DNA of 64,000 nucleotides from Terriglobia bacterium (GTDB taxonomy: Bacteria; Acidobacteriota; Terriglobia; 20CM-2-55-15): positions 64,001 through 128,000 of the forward strand of contig CBDCLE010000005.1 of NCBI GenBank assembly GCA_965218585.1, read 5' to 3'. The position numbers were made by a program, and so were the translations under genes. The number at the start of each line of letters is the position of its first letter. The first letter of the stretch is position 1. This document shows positions 39,473 to 49,875 of this stretch, piece after piece. Under the pieces are notes generated by a model. It was given only the letters and a program-made list of their open reading frames with translations. It had not been told where the DNA came from and searched no databases.

Positions 39473-40336
39473 ATGGGGTTCTTCAACAGCATCAAGAAAC
39501 TGATCCGCAATTACAGGCAGGAACAATTCCGCAGCAGACAGGCCTTGGAAAGCTACACCGAGGGCATCAACGAAATCGAACATGTGGATTCGCTGAGCGA
39601 TGCCGACTTGATGAGACTCAACAGGATGCTGGACTGGAACTGCTTTACCGTGGATCGTCACGGGAAAAGGTTTGGAAACGCAGCATCAGCGACGAAGCGA
39701 AACAGCCCAGAAGTTATCCCAGACAGGCGAATCACGATGTTCGACGAAAAGTTCGACCTGTCCGACAAACACGTTCTGGAAATCGGATGTTTCGAGGGTA
39801 TCCACACCATCGGCTTAACCCGATATGCGAAAAGCGTGACTGCGATCGACGCACGGATCGAAAACGTCGTAAAGACGATTGTCCGTTGCGCCTTCTTCGG
39901 ATCCCATCCGACGGTCTTCAAATGCAACGTAGAAGAAGAGCCACTTCCTGCCGATTTGCTGAAAGCCGACCTGGCCTATCACGTCGGTGTCCTGTATCAC
40001 CTGAAGGATCCGGTCAGTCACCTGGCATCCCTGGGACATCTCATTGGCCAGGGCATCCTGATGGATACCCACTACGCCCTGGATGATGAAGCCAATGAAA
40101 GCTATGAAGTGTCAGGTCGAACAATCCCGTACAAGAGGTACCGGGAGGGCGATTATTTCGATCCCTTTTCGGGGATGTATTCAGATTCCAAATGGCTGCG
40201 GCTGGGGGACCTTACCGAGACTTTGAACACCGCAGGTTTTCAGAAAATCGACGTGATCGAACAGCGGCTGGAACGAAACGGGCCTCGCGTCTTGCTGATA
40301 GCTGAAAGAGGTACAAAAACAACGGACGTGTCTTGA
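39473..40336 (+). CDS. Class I SAM methyltransferase
   Basis: VLEIGCFEG, AIDAR, GVLYHL.DP. Confidence 0.85.
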   Translation: MGFFNSIKKLIRNYRQEQFRSRQALESYTEGINEIEHVDSLSDADLMRLNRMLDWNCFTVDRHGKRFGNAASATKRNSPEVIPDRRITMFDEKFDLSDKHVLEIGCFEGIHTIGLTRYAKSVTAIDARIENVVKTIVRCAFFGSHPTVFKCNVEEEPLPADLLKADLAYHVGVLYHLKDPVSHLASLGHLIGQGILMDTHYALDDEANESYEVSGRTIPYKRYREGDYFDPFSGMYSDSKWLRLGDLTETLNTAGFQKIDVIEQRLERNGPRVLLIAERGTKTTDVS

Positions 40337-40354
40337 GTAGCAGGCCCAAACAGC

Positions 40355-41626
40355 TCAACCTTCCTCTACAGACCATCGCGATCGGAGCAACACCTTTCCC
40401 CGTCCGGGCCCTTCCGGTAATCGTGAGGACCCAAAAAAGTCGGACGCGATGACGTCGAATTCCGCAGCGCCTTCGACCACATCCACTTTGGTTCTTCCAT
40501 GTTCCACCCAGAGCCAGACGTAAAACCGACCGGGCACAAACCCCAGACTGGGGATCTCGCAAATCACTGTGAACTGCCCGTTGCCATGCACGAACGAATT
40601 CTGGAAGAAACTGGAAAGCATAGCCAGGCGATCGCCCATGTGGTCGTGAATCCCGGCCCAAACGTTGACCTTCTCCATTTCGGGAGGCAGATGCAGCTTG
40701 ACGCGAATCTTGAGCCCCGCGCCGGCACTTATCGTTGAAACAGGATTCCCGTTCGAGTCGAGGATCTCGGCATGTTGAAGAATCGTCTGCATCCCGCTCC
40801 ACCGCCCCGGATGGTCGACCAGGTATCCGGACGTGCTCCCGGCGCTGGACTCCCGGACGTACTCTTCGATGACGTCGTCGGTGTCTCCGTCCGCTGCTAT
40901 CGCACCCTCGGAGACCCACAGTGTTCGCGGACATATGGCGCGCACAGCAGCCAGGTTATGAGAAACAAACAGAATCGTACGACCGGACTGTCCCACGTCC
41001 TGCATCTTCCGCATACACTTCGCCTGAAACGCATGGTCTCCTACGGCAAGTACTTCATCGACCAAGAGGATTTCCGGATCGAGATGGGCAGCGACTGCGA
41101 ACGCCAACCGCAAGTACATCCCGGCGGAATAACGCTTAACGGGGGTATCCAGAAACCTCTCGATTTCTGAAAATTCGACGATCTCCTCAAACTTCGAATC
41201 GATTTCACGTTTCTTCATCCCGAGAATCGATCCGTTCAAATAGATATTTTCACGTCCTGTAAGTTCCGGGTGGAACCCGGTTCCGAGGTCGATCAAAGAG
41301 CCCATGCGTCCTCGAACCACGGCGTAGCCGTCGGTTGGCCGGGTGATACGGGACAGTACTTTGAGGAGTGTCGTCTTGCCCGCTCCGTTTCGCCCGATGA
41401 CACCGACGACTTCGCCTTCGCGCACATCAAACGATACATCCTTCAGCGCAGCCAGCAACGTATCGTCTGGACCTTTCTTGTTTTCCGGAGAGATGAGGGA
41501 TCGAAGCCCCCGGAACGGGGCATAAACAACGTCGGTCAACGTGTCCCGAAGAGCTTTGTACTTCTGGGCCTCGCCAATCCGATAGGTCTTGGAAAGGTTG
41601 ACGGCCTGGATGGTGATGTTACTCAC
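40355..41626 (-). CDS. wzt: Polysaccharide ABC exporter ATPase with Wzt_C domain
   Basis: GRNGAGKTT, YSAGM..RLAF, DEVLAVGD, plus a long C-terminal extension. Confidence 0.93.
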   Translation of the reverse strand: MSNITIQAVNLSKTYRIGEAQKYKALRDTLTDVVYAPFRGLRSLISPENKKGPDDTLLAALKDVSFDVREGEVVGVIGRNGAGKTTLLKVLSRITRPTDGYAVVRGRMGSLIDLGTGFHPELTGRENIYLNGSILGMKKREIDSKFEEIVEFSEIERFLDTPVKRYSAGMYLRLAFAVAAHLDPEILLVDEVLAVGDHAFQAKCMRKMQDVGQSGRTILFVSHNLAAVRAICPRTLWVSEGAIAADGDTDDVIEEYVRESSAGSTSGYLVDHPGRWSGMQTILQHAEILDSNGNPVSTISAGAGLKIRVKLHLPPEMEKVNVWAGIHDHMGDRLAMLSSFFQNSFVHGNGQFTVICEIPSLGFVPGRFYVWLWVEHGRTKVDVVEGAAEFDVIASDFFGSSRLPEGPGRGKVLLRSRWSVEEG

Positions 41627-42499
41627 TCAGCGGCCCCCAGACCCCAACGTGTCGGCAAGAGTTGCCTCCCGGCTCGAGAACCACCAGTAACCGGTAAGAA
41701 AAACGACAATAGAGACCGCAGACGAAACAAAGAGCATCGGGGACGGCCCTTCCCCCACCCCCAGCAGCGCCCAGCGGAATCCTTCAATCACTCCGACCAT
41801 CGGATTCAAACCGTAGAGGATGCGCCATTGACTCGGAACAAGACTGCTGGGATATACGACGGGAGTCAGGAAAAGCCAGAACTGGCTCAGGAAAGGCAGG
41901 ATGTACATCACGTCCCTGTATTCTGCGTTCAGAGCAGAGAGCCAGAAGCCGACACCTGCGGCTGTGACCAGCATCAACAAGACGAACACGGGCAGCCACA
42001 CCACGGTGACCGACGGGGCGAACCCATAGAAGAACATCAGAACAAACAGCAGCCCGAGCGATAAAACGAAGTCGATCCCCGAAGCCAGAATCGTCGCTAA
42101 CGGGACAAGGATTCGAGGGAAGTATACCCGCGTAATCAACCTCTGGTCGGTGACGAGGCTCACCGCCGATTCCGAGATAGTGCGCGAGAAAAGGAGCCAG
42201 GGCATAAGAGCAACGTAGGCAAACAGGGAATAGGGGATGCCTTCGGAGGGAACCTCGGCGAGTCGGCCCAGAAAAAGAGTGAATACGATCATCATGGCGA
42301 TGGGCTGAAGAAGCGTCCATCCAATGCCGATCGCCGTCTGCTTGTACCGGACCTTGATATCGCGCCAGACCAGGAAGTAGACTAACTCCCTGAATCGCCA
42401 CAACTCGGCTATATCCAGAAGCTTCTGTGCCGGACGAATGACTGTCAGCAGCTCTTCAGAGTTGCTCGTCACCTGAGTATGCGTTTCGCTTCCGGACAT
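41627..42499 (-). CDS. wzm: Polysaccharide ABC exporter permease
   Basis: RDIKVRYKQT..G..W...QP, YFPR, YRD, TPVVY, LNP. Confidence 0.93.
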   Translation of the reverse strand: MSGSETHTQVTSNSEELLTVIRPAQKLLDIAELWRFRELVYFLVWRDIKVRYKQTAIGIGWTLLQPIAMMIVFTLFLGRLAEVPSEGIPYSLFAYVALMPWLLFSRTISESAVSLVTDQRLITRVYFPRILVPLATILASGIDFVLSLGLLFVLMFFYGFAPSVTVVWLPVFVLLMLVTAAGVGFWLSALNAEYRDVMYILPFLSQFWLFLTPVVYPSSLVPSQWRILYGLNPMVGVIEGFRWALLGVGEGPSPMLFVSSAVSIVVFLTGYWWFSSREATLADTLGSGGR

Positions 42500-42503
42500 T
42501 CAG

Positions 42504-42535
42504 GGAGTGGACCATGGAGTCCACAATCGTGTCAA
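42504..42535. repeat. 32-bp inverted repeat, right copy (just upstream of wzm)
   Basis: Reverse complement ttgacacgattgtggactccatggtccactcc. Confidence 0.85.
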
Positions 42536-42562
42536 CCGAAGTGGGAGGCGGCGAAACCCGGC

Positions 42563-43504
42563 TCATTCATATCTCTTCACGCCTCCTTTAAGAATAGCTT
42601 TCGACAATAAGGTGTAGCCTTGAATGGTCTCTTTAGCCCGCCGCCATGATCCTTTCACGAGAGCATCGGCAATTCTCAACAGGAACTCTACGCTGAAGGT
42701 CAGCAGAACGATGCAACCGGTTCGGACTGCGCCCATGTGCTTGCGCGCATAGCGGAAACGACTCCTCAGAAGGTATGACAGGCGCCGGCCCTTGACCTGG
42801 TTGGATGTTCCTCCACTCTTGTGGTAGACCTCGGCCTCGGCCAGATAGAACGAGCGCCGGCCCGTTTGTCTGGCTCGCAGGGAAAAATCCAAGTCTTCCA
42901 GGTACACAAAGAATCTCTCATCGAACCCGTCGAGCGATTCAAAAAGATTTCGGGGCGTCAAAAAGAAAGCCCCCATCACATGATCCACTTCGCGGCTTTC
43001 ACCATGATCCCAGTCCCTCATGAAGAGGCCCGGAAAATGCCGGGGAAACAATTTGGCGAGACCCAGCATTTCGTTCAGAAGACGGGGGAATGACGGGAAA
43101 CGTACGCAACTGGGATGCGGACGTCCCTCCTCATCGACGAGCTTCACGCCAACGATCCCGATGCCTTGATCTTCTCCGCTCCGAAGACAAGCCACCGCCG
43201 CACCCAGAGCTCGGGGGTACACGCGCGTGTCCGGGTTGAGAAAGAGAAGCTGGTCCGCCCGACTGCCCTCCGCTCCCTGATTGCATGCCGCACCAAAACC
43301 GCGGTTCCCCTTGTTTCGAATCGTGGTGAGAGGCAGTCCGAGGGTTTCTATACCTTCTATGGAATCGTCGGTCGAAGCATTGTCGACTACGACGACACGA
43401 TCCAAACTCACACTTCCCTTTTCGGCCGCAACAGAACGGAGACAATCAGTCAGCTGTGCTCCGGCGTTCCAATTGACGATGATGATGTCTAAAGATGGAG
43501 ACAA
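42563..43504 (-). CDS. GT2 glycosyltransferase (rhamnosyltransferase-like)
   Basis: IIVNWN, VDNASTD, N.GFG.ACN.G, LNPD, GFDERFF.Y.EDLD. Confidence 0.92.
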   Translation of the reverse strand: MSPSLDIIIVNWNAGAQLTDCLRSVAAEKGSVSLDRVVVVDNASTDDSIEGIETLGLPLTTIRNKGNRGFGAACNQGAEGSRADQLLFLNPDTRVYPRALGAAVACLRSGEDQGIGIVGVKLVDEEGRPHPSCVRFPSFPRLLNEMLGLAKLFPRHFPGLFMRDWDHGESREVDHVMGAFFLTPRNLFESLDGFDERFFVYLEDLDFSLRARQTGRRSFYLAEAEVYHKSGGTSNQVKGRRLSYLLRSRFRYARKHMGAVRTGCIVLLTFSVEFLLRIADALVKGSWRRAKETIQGYTLLSKAILKGGVKRYE

Positions 43505-43513
43505 GACGGCTTC

Positions 43514-45049
43514 CTAGGAAGACCTCTTCAAGAAACGTCTAGCCAGTCCATGAAAAGGACTCTTTTGATAAGCCCGTCTCGCCAGAGCCTTCATGCGAGG
43601 CCCAGGACCGGCCCACGGTGAGGCCTTCTTGAATTCTGACTGAAAAGGCTGGACGAAGTCCCGGTCAAGTTCCCGCACCTTCCTGGGAAGGAGCAGGGGG
43701 TCTTCAAGTTTGTTTTCAACCTGATAGAGAAGAGATGGCCGTACGTATTGCTCCCGGACACTTGCCCCAACCTCATCGCGCGAAATATATCCGTTCTCGA
43801 CGGCTTCAATCAGTTCCCGGACCCACAGGTATCCCAGGGAATTTTGCCGAGACACCCACGGCTGAGTCTCCATGTCCGTGTAGTGAATCAGCGCGGTCTC
43901 TCCTTCGCGATAGTTTTCCAGTGAATTCCATGTTCTGGGGATATCTGCCCGACTCTTCTTAGCGACCGCCACCCGATACATCAGGTCTTCGTAGGAAAGC
44001 TCTCCTCCATTCAGGCGTCGAACGATATCCCGTATGTTCCAATCGAGGGACTCACAGTCCAGCAACATCACGCTGAATTGTGGGACGCGGCCTAGCTTCG
44101 GATCCGGCTCCGCAGCAAGCACATCCGCCCCGTCGAAAGGGAGGGTCCACAACCCACGGATATCCCTGAACACCTGCATGTCCGAATCGAGGTAAATCGC
44201 ACGGCCCGTATATCCTGCGTACTCGGGGATCAGGAAACGCTGAAACGAAAAAGGAGTCCGTGGCCGGTCAACCTCTTTCTCAGGAAACGGAATATCGATT
44301 CCTGACAAATGGAGCGGAAACACTTCTACGCTAAGGCTGGCGTGTTTCTTGATCGAGTACTCCAGGACGCGAGCAGCCAACATCTGCGCTTCCGTGCTCG
44401 CCACATAGACACGAACTGGAGATTCTACGTCGAGTGGGGCGTAGTCCAACCCTGTCTTGTGAATGATCTTGGCAATCTCCTCAAACTGTATGTCGAAGGA
44501 CTGTTGCTTGTTGGACAGAAGCGTTTTGTCACGAAGATCGCCGAATTCGCCACTGTAGGTCGCACCCCCGTCCACACCCAACGAACGGATCGTCGTTACA
44601 CCTGCAGTGGTCAGTAGATTCAGGGCGGCTTCGGAGCTGAAATACCACACACCCACCACTGGGGACCCTTCCCGTATATCCCAACCCGTCCTGAGGTTGT
44701 ACCAGAGAAGTCTTCCCTCCTCGTCCATTCGCCTGAGAATTTGGTTTTCCTGGACCCACTCCGTTAAATTCTTTTTGCCAGGCCTGTTCTGAACATGAGG
44801 AACCCACGGCATCACCAGGACCGGCGCGTTCTTCTCCAGCGCCTCTCCACAGGCATCGACAACGTCATAGTCAATCATGTGGGCCACATCAACGGCCTGC
44901 TCGCGGACGACATGGTTGAGCGAGAGTGTCCGGAACCCCTCAGTATTGAACCGATCTCGGTTGGCGAAACTGGGTCCCTTACCCAGAACGAGCCAGGACT
45001 CTTCAGGCTTGATATTGCTTTCCTCGAACCAATCAAAAAAGCTTTTCAT
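43514..45049 (-). CDS. Two-domain glycosyltransferase (N-terminal GxGPS domain + GT8-like)
   Basis: LVLGKGPS..LN..LGVD N-domain. C-domain has YSI.KH, T.FSF.RF.IP, YLDSDM, WNSLE, HYT...PW. Confidence 0.75.
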   Translation of the reverse strand: MKSFFDWFEESNIKPEESWLVLGKGPSFANRDRFNTEGFRTLSLNHVVREQAVDVAHMIDYDVVDACGEALEKNAPVLVMPWVPHVQNRPGKKNLTEWVQENQILRRMDEEGRLLWYNLRTGWDIREGSPVVGVWYFSSEAALNLLTTAGVTTIRSLGVDGGATYSGEFGDLRDKTLLSNKQQSFDIQFEEIAKIIHKTGLDYAPLDVESPVRVYVASTEAQMLAARVLEYSIKKHASLSVEVFPLHLSGIDIPFPEKEVDRPRTPFSFQRFLIPEYAGYTGRAIYLDSDMQVFRDIRGLWTLPFDGADVLAAEPDPKLGRVPQFSVMLLDCESLDWNIRDIVRRLNGGELSYEDLMYRVAVAKKSRADIPRTWNSLENYREGETALIHYTDMETQPWVSRQNSLGYLWVRELIEAVENGYISRDEVGASVREQYVRPSLLYQVENKLEDPLLLPRKVRELDRDFVQPFQSEFKKASPWAGPGPRMKALARRAYQKSPFHGLARRFLKRSS

Positions 45050-45222
45050 CCTTCTTCTCTGCGCTACAGCGACGCATTCAGCCTTTGTATTGTGACAGAT
45101 GAGCGCACCTCGACGGACGCCAAGAATGAAGATTTCACTGGATGATCGGCTGTCCCGGTTTCAAAATGTAACGGTTCATTAGACAATTGGCAGACTGACA
45201 GGCAAGCAAGCTCGGTTTCCTT

Positions 45223-46461
45223 ATGGCTTCGTTATCTACAAAGTCGATTCCGCCACTGGCTCCGGAAGGGTCCTCGGGCCTCGAATTGCTGGCCAGCCGG
45301 CAACCCGACGGTCGGAAGGCGAAGGTGTTTCACGTCATCACGAAACTGGAGCTGGGTGGCGCACAGAAGGTAACGTTGATGACCCTGGAGCGACTGTCAC
45401 GTGAATCGTACGAACTGGGCCTGGTGACCGGAGAGGAAGATCTTCTCGACGAACGTGCCGAGGGCATTCCCGATCTTGAAATATTCCACGTCCCGTCGCT
45501 CGGCCGAAACATTCACCCGATCAAGGACACGATTGCACTCTTCAACCTCTATCGGCTCTTCAGGCGAGAGAAACCAGACGTCGTCCACACCCACAGCTCG
45601 AAGGCGGGCATTCTCGGCAGGTGGGCCGCATGGCTGGCCGGTGTTCCAATCATCTATCACACAGCTCACGGCTTCGGTTTCAACGAAGATCAGCATACCC
45701 TGCGAAAGAACTTCTTCGTGTGGCTCGAGCGGCGAACCAAGAAAATAACGACTCAAATGGTCGTCGTCTCCAGATCGAACGAAAGAACAGCCCAAAACTA
45801 CCGAATACTCCACAAAGATGAAGCAATCTTGTGCCGGGATGCGATCTCACTGGATGAATTCCTGGAACCGGGACCGCGCAGGCAGAAACGAGCTTCCTGG
45901 GGGGTGCCTGATGGGAAAGCAGTTGTCGGAATGGTCGCCTGCCTGAAACCACAGAAATGCCCTGCGGATTTTGTCGATGTAGCTGCAGAGATACTTCAAG
46001 GCAGGGACGATGTCCATTTCGTGATGGCTGGAGATGGAGAACTCCGGTCCGAAGTCGAGCAGCGAATCAGGCACCACGGAATAGAAAGACACATAACATT
46101 ACTGGGATGGCAACGGGACATGCCCGAGGTATATCGCAATCTCGACATTGTCGTACTGACGTCGTTGTGGGAAGGCTTGCCCTGTGTGTTTTCCGAGGCG
46201 ATGGCAACAGAACTTCCGATAGTTGCGACTAACGTCGATGGAGCGGGGGAAGCCATAATGAATGGCGAGACAGGATTTCTTCACGAACGCCACGACATCA
46301 GAGGCATGGCCCAGTCGGTCAACACATTGCTTTCGAGCGCGGCAATGAGAAAGACAATGGGCGAGAAAGGACGGTCGCGCGTAGCCGAGTTCGATATCGA
46401 CACCGCGGTCGCCGTGCTGGAAGACTCCTACCGCGCTCATACGCTCGGCCTCGACGAATGA
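45223..46461 (+). CDS. GT4 glycosyltransferase
   Basis: GGAQ, HTHSSKAG..GR, S.WEGLP....EAMA. Confidence 0.92.
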   Translation: MASLSTKSIPPLAPEGSSGLELLASRQPDGRKAKVFHVITKLELGGAQKVTLMTLERLSRESYELGLVTGEEDLLDERAEGIPDLEIFHVPSLGRNIHPIKDTIALFNLYRLFRREKPDVVHTHSSKAGILGRWAAWLAGVPIIYHTAHGFGFNEDQHTLRKNFFVWLERRTKKITTQMVVVSRSNERTAQNYRILHKDEAILCRDAISLDEFLEPGPRRQKRASWGVPDGKAVVGMVACLKPQKCPADFVDVAAEILQGRDDVHFVMAGDGELRSEVEQRIRHHGIERHITLLGWQRDMPEVYRNLDIVVLTSLWEGLPCVFSEAMATELPIVATNVDGAGEAIMNGETGFLHERHDIRGMAQSVNTLLSSAAMRKTMGEKGRSRVAEFDIDTAVAVLEDSYRAHTLGLDE

Positions 46462-47489
46462 TCACCTATATCGCAGCCTTCATCCTGAGTCTCGTGTTCG
46501 GAATCTACTGGACACCGGTCATGGCCAAGGCAGCGACTCAACTGGGAATCGTCGATCATCCTGATGGCCAGCTCAAAGAACACGTTGCACCGGTACCCTA
46601 TCTGGGCGGACTCGCTGTGTTCACGTCGTTCCTCCTGACGGTTGGCGTCCTGACCGATTTCCAACAGCAGACTCTGGGATTATTGCTTTCGGCAACAATC
46701 ATTCTAATGGTTGGCCTGATTGACGATTTCGGTGTCATGACCGTTTCGCAGAAACTGCTGGGCCAAACTCTCGCCGCCCTGGTCCTGGTGAAATCCGGAA
46801 TCTATATCCGACTCGAGTTTGTGCCGTTTTATCTCGCGATTCCTCTTACGGTGATCTGGATCCTCGCTGTCACGAACGCCTTCAACATCATCGACATCCT
46901 GGACGGACTGGCCGCCGGTGTCGGCACGATAGCGGCACTGATCCTTGCTGCTGCCAATGTAATGGCCGACAGACCGTCGTTTGCATTGCTCTCGGTCGCG
47001 CTGGCAGGCGCGGCCCTCGGGTTTCTCCGCTACAACTTCAATCCCGCCAAAATTTACCTCGGTGACGCAGGCAGCCTTTTCCTTGGGTTCATGCTTGCCG
47101 CACTCTCGATGAATGCAGGTTACACGCGCATCAACCTCGTCGCCGTTATCGCTCCGGTGCTGATTCTTGGCATTCCGCTGTTCGACCTTGCTTTTGTTGT
47201 TTATGTTCGCTGGAGGAAGAACCTGCCCATAACACAGGGAAGTCCGGATCACTTCGCGCTTCGGCTCCGTCAGTGCCGGCTAAGCGTGCGCGAAACAGCC
47301 GTGACGACTTATGTCGCTTCAGCCATTCTCGGAGCTGCCGCCCTGGTCATGAGCCAGGTCACACTCGAATGGGCACTTGTCACGGTTTGCGCGATCGTTC
47401 TTCTGGGAGTCGTCTCAGCGTATCTGCTGATGAAGGTGGATGTGGGAAACCAGCCGACGGCACCGACGATCGAGCGAGAAGCCAGCTGA
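46458..47489 (+). CDS. WecA/TagO-like undecaprenyl-phosphate HexNAc-1-P transferase
   Basis: P.LGG, GLIDD, NAFN..D..DGL, NF.PAKIYLGDAGS. Confidence 0.92.
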   Translation: MITYIAAFILSLVFGIYWTPVMAKAATQLGIVDHPDGQLKEHVAPVPYLGGLAVFTSFLLTVGVLTDFQQQTLGLLLSATIILMVGLIDDFGVMTVSQKLLGQTLAALVLVKSGIYIRLEFVPFYLAIPLTVIWILAVTNAFNIIDILDGLAAGVGTIAALILAAANVMADRPSFALLSVALAGAALGFLRYNFNPAKIYLGDAGSLFLGFMLAALSMNAGYTRINLVAVIAPVLILGIPLFDLAFVVYVRWRKNLPITQGSPDHFALRLRQCRLSVRETAVTTYVASAILGAAALVMSQVTLEWALVTVCAIVLLGVVSAYLLMKVDVGNQPTAPTIEREAS

Positions 47490-47499
47490 CCGGACACCT

Positions 47500-48804
47500 A
47501 TGAAGAAGAAGACTGTTGTCATTGGTGGAGGGTTGGCCGGTCTGAGCGGTGCGTTTCACCTCAAAGACTCCGAACCTGTTCTCTTCGAACGCGAAGAACG
47601 CGTCGGCGGGTTGTGCAGATCGTTTGTTCAGGACGGATTCACCTTCGATATTACAGGCCACCTCCTTCACCTGAAAAACCCATACACGCAGGAACTGGTC
47701 GAAGAGATGTTGCCGGGCGCATTTCACGCCCACGAACGCCAGGCCGCGATCTATTCCAAGTCGGTCACGACACCCTACCCGTTTCAGGCCAATACATACG
47801 GGTTGCCCGTTGAAGTGGTCAAGGAGTGCGTCGTCGGTTTTGTCGAAAGCCTGAACAGCAACCACACGGAATCGAAAAACTTCCACGAATGGGTCGTCAG
47901 AACCTTCGGCAGTGGAATTGCCAAGCATTTCATGCTGCCGTACAACGAGAAGTTCTGGAAACGAGACCTCCGAGAGATCACCGCCGACTGGGTCAGCTGG
48001 TCCATTCCAAAGCCAACCCTGGAAGAAGTCGTGAATGGAGCCCTGGGCGTGACGAACACGGGCATGGGATACAACCCACGCTTTTCATATCCCAGCCAGG
48101 GAGGCATCGAATGCTTGCCCAATGCACTCGCAGCTTCCCTGGACGCAATTCACACCGGCCATGTGCTGACAAGGGTCGACCCTCAAAACAAAGTTCTCTA
48201 TTTCGCGAACGGTAGAGAAGAAACCTACGATCACCTTCTGACGACGATCCCGCTTCCCCTCCTCTACGAGCTTCTCGAGGGCTCGCCTGAAAATCTTCGG
48301 GCAGCGGCTCACGGACTGCGGGCCATCACTGTGTTGAACATCAACATCGGCGTCGACAGGGATCGGATCAGCGATAAGCACTGGATCTACTTTCCAGAAG
48401 ACCGCTACGTCTTCTCAAGGGTCGGCTTTCCAATGAACTTCTCCTCGAGCGTTACGCCTGCGGGAACCAGCTCCGCTTATATCGAGATCACCCACGATCC
48501 TGCCGAATCCCAGGACGTGGAAGCGCTCTACGAACGCTCGATCCGTGATCTGGAGGCCTGTGGCATTTTGACGCCGGAGGATTCCATTCTGACCCGACAG
48601 GTTCTCCATATTCCGCAGGCTTACGTGGTGTTCGATCACCACCGACAGCGGCATCTGGAAGATCTCGTCCTTTATTTGAAGTCACTGGACATACACACTG
48701 CTGGAAGGTACGGGCAATGGGACTACTACTCCATGGAGGATTCCATCCTGAGCGGCAAGGCTGCAGCCGAAGCCATCACTGATACGATTGCGACCAGCGC
48801 GTAA
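47500..48804 (+). CDS. FAD-dependent oxidoreductase (HemY/UGM-like, glycan-cluster type)
   Basis: GGGLAGL, E....GG..RS, FD..GH, PYNEK.W, GRYG.W.Y..M. Confidence 0.82.
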   Translation: MKKKTVVIGGGLAGLSGAFHLKDSEPVLFEREERVGGLCRSFVQDGFTFDITGHLLHLKNPYTQELVEEMLPGAFHAHERQAAIYSKSVTTPYPFQANTYGLPVEVVKECVVGFVESLNSNHTESKNFHEWVVRTFGSGIAKHFMLPYNEKFWKRDLREITADWVSWSIPKPTLEEVVNGALGVTNTGMGYNPRFSYPSQGGIECLPNALAASLDAIHTGHVLTRVDPQNKVLYFANGREETYDHLLTTIPLPLLYELLEGSPENLRAAAHGLRAITVLNINIGVDRDRISDKHWIYFPEDRYVFSRVGFPMNFSSSVTPAGTSSAYIEITHDPAESQDVEALYERSIRDLEACGILTPEDSILTRQVLHIPQAYVVFDHHRQRHLEDLVLYLKSLDIHTAGRYGQWDYYSMEDSILSGKAAAEAITDTIATSA

Positions 48805-49868
48805 TGAAAGTCCTTCTGTTATCCCGCTACAAACGATCGGGTAACTCGAGCCGTGTCAGGTCTTATCAGTATATGCCCTTCCTCGAACGCGAAGGAATCC
48901 AGGTCACCGAAGCACCTCTCTCGGGAGACGATTTCGTCAAAGATCTGTACGCCGGTAGACCTCGCAACGTTGCCTCAGTCTTCAGGTCCTATCTCGGGCG
49001 GCTTCAGGCCCTCGCCGAACTCAGACGCTTTGACCTGCTCTGGATAGAACGCGAGTTGTTTCCGTACGCACCTGCCCTGGCCGAATTTCTTATTTCTAAG
49101 ACACGCGTCCCTTACGTCGTCGACTACGACGACGCCATATTCCACAACTATGACCAACACGCCAATCCTTTGGTGCGCGCGCTGTTGGGACGGAAGATCG
49201 AGGGGATCATGCAGCACGCAAGGTTGGTCATCGTCGGAAACGGTTACCTCGGCCAGTACGCCGAGCGAGCCGGCGCCCGATGGATTGAGCAACTCCCCAG
49301 CGTGGTTGATTCTGACCGGCTTCGTCCTCCTGCCACGAGGGAAAACGAAACGTTCACGATCGGATGGATCGGAACTCCTCTGAACGCACCATACCTCCGT
49401 CTTGTCCAGGAATCGCTCGCCCAAGTCTGCGCCCAGGATCGTGCCCGCGTCGTTCTGGTCGGCTCCGGAGAGTTGACGCTCGAAGACGTTCCGCTCACAG
49501 TCCGTCCCTGGACCGAAGCCGGGGAAGTCGCCGACATTGGCAGTTTCGATGTCGGCATCATGCCGCTCCCGGACGCGCCCTGGGAACGTGGAAAGTGTGG
49601 CTACAAGTTGCTCCAGTATTTCGCATGCGGAGTGCCGGCTGTGGCATCACCGGTGGGAATCAATCGAACGATCGTCGAGGAGGGCGTCAACGGTTTCCTC
49701 CCATCGGGTCCGGATGAATGGTCACGTTCGCTCGAGGTTCTCAGGGACAACGAGCAAGAACGGCAGGCTATGGGAACCGCAGGCAGGGAGAGAGTAGAGC
49801 GGCAGTATTCTATAGGGATCACAGCCCCCAAACTCGCCGCCTTGCTTTCAAGAGCGGCAGGGGTTTAA
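48804..49868 (+). CDS. GT4 glycosyltransferase
   Basis: SSR.R, D.DDA, IGWIG, DVGIMPL, GKCG.K.LQY.A.G.P.VASPVG. Confidence 0.9.
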   Translation: MKVLLLSRYKRSGNSSRVRSYQYMPFLEREGIQVTEAPLSGDDFVKDLYAGRPRNVASVFRSYLGRLQALAELRRFDLLWIERELFPYAPALAEFLISKTRVPYVVDYDDAIFHNYDQHANPLVRALLGRKIEGIMQHARLVIVGNGYLGQYAERAGARWIEQLPSVVDSDRLRPPATRENETFTIGWIGTPLNAPYLRLVQESLAQVCAQDRARVVLVGSGELTLEDVPLTVRPWTEAGEVADIGSFDVGIMPLPDAPWERGKCGYKLLQYFACGVPAVASPVGINRTIVEEGVNGFLPSGPDEWSRSLEVLRDNEQERQAMGTAGRERVERQYSIGITAPKLAALLSRAAGV

Positions 49869-49875
49869 CCGACGG

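Noticed and set aside
45189-45206. Sigma54 promoter tggcagactgacaggc
   Set aside because: GG-to-GC spacing is 11, not 10
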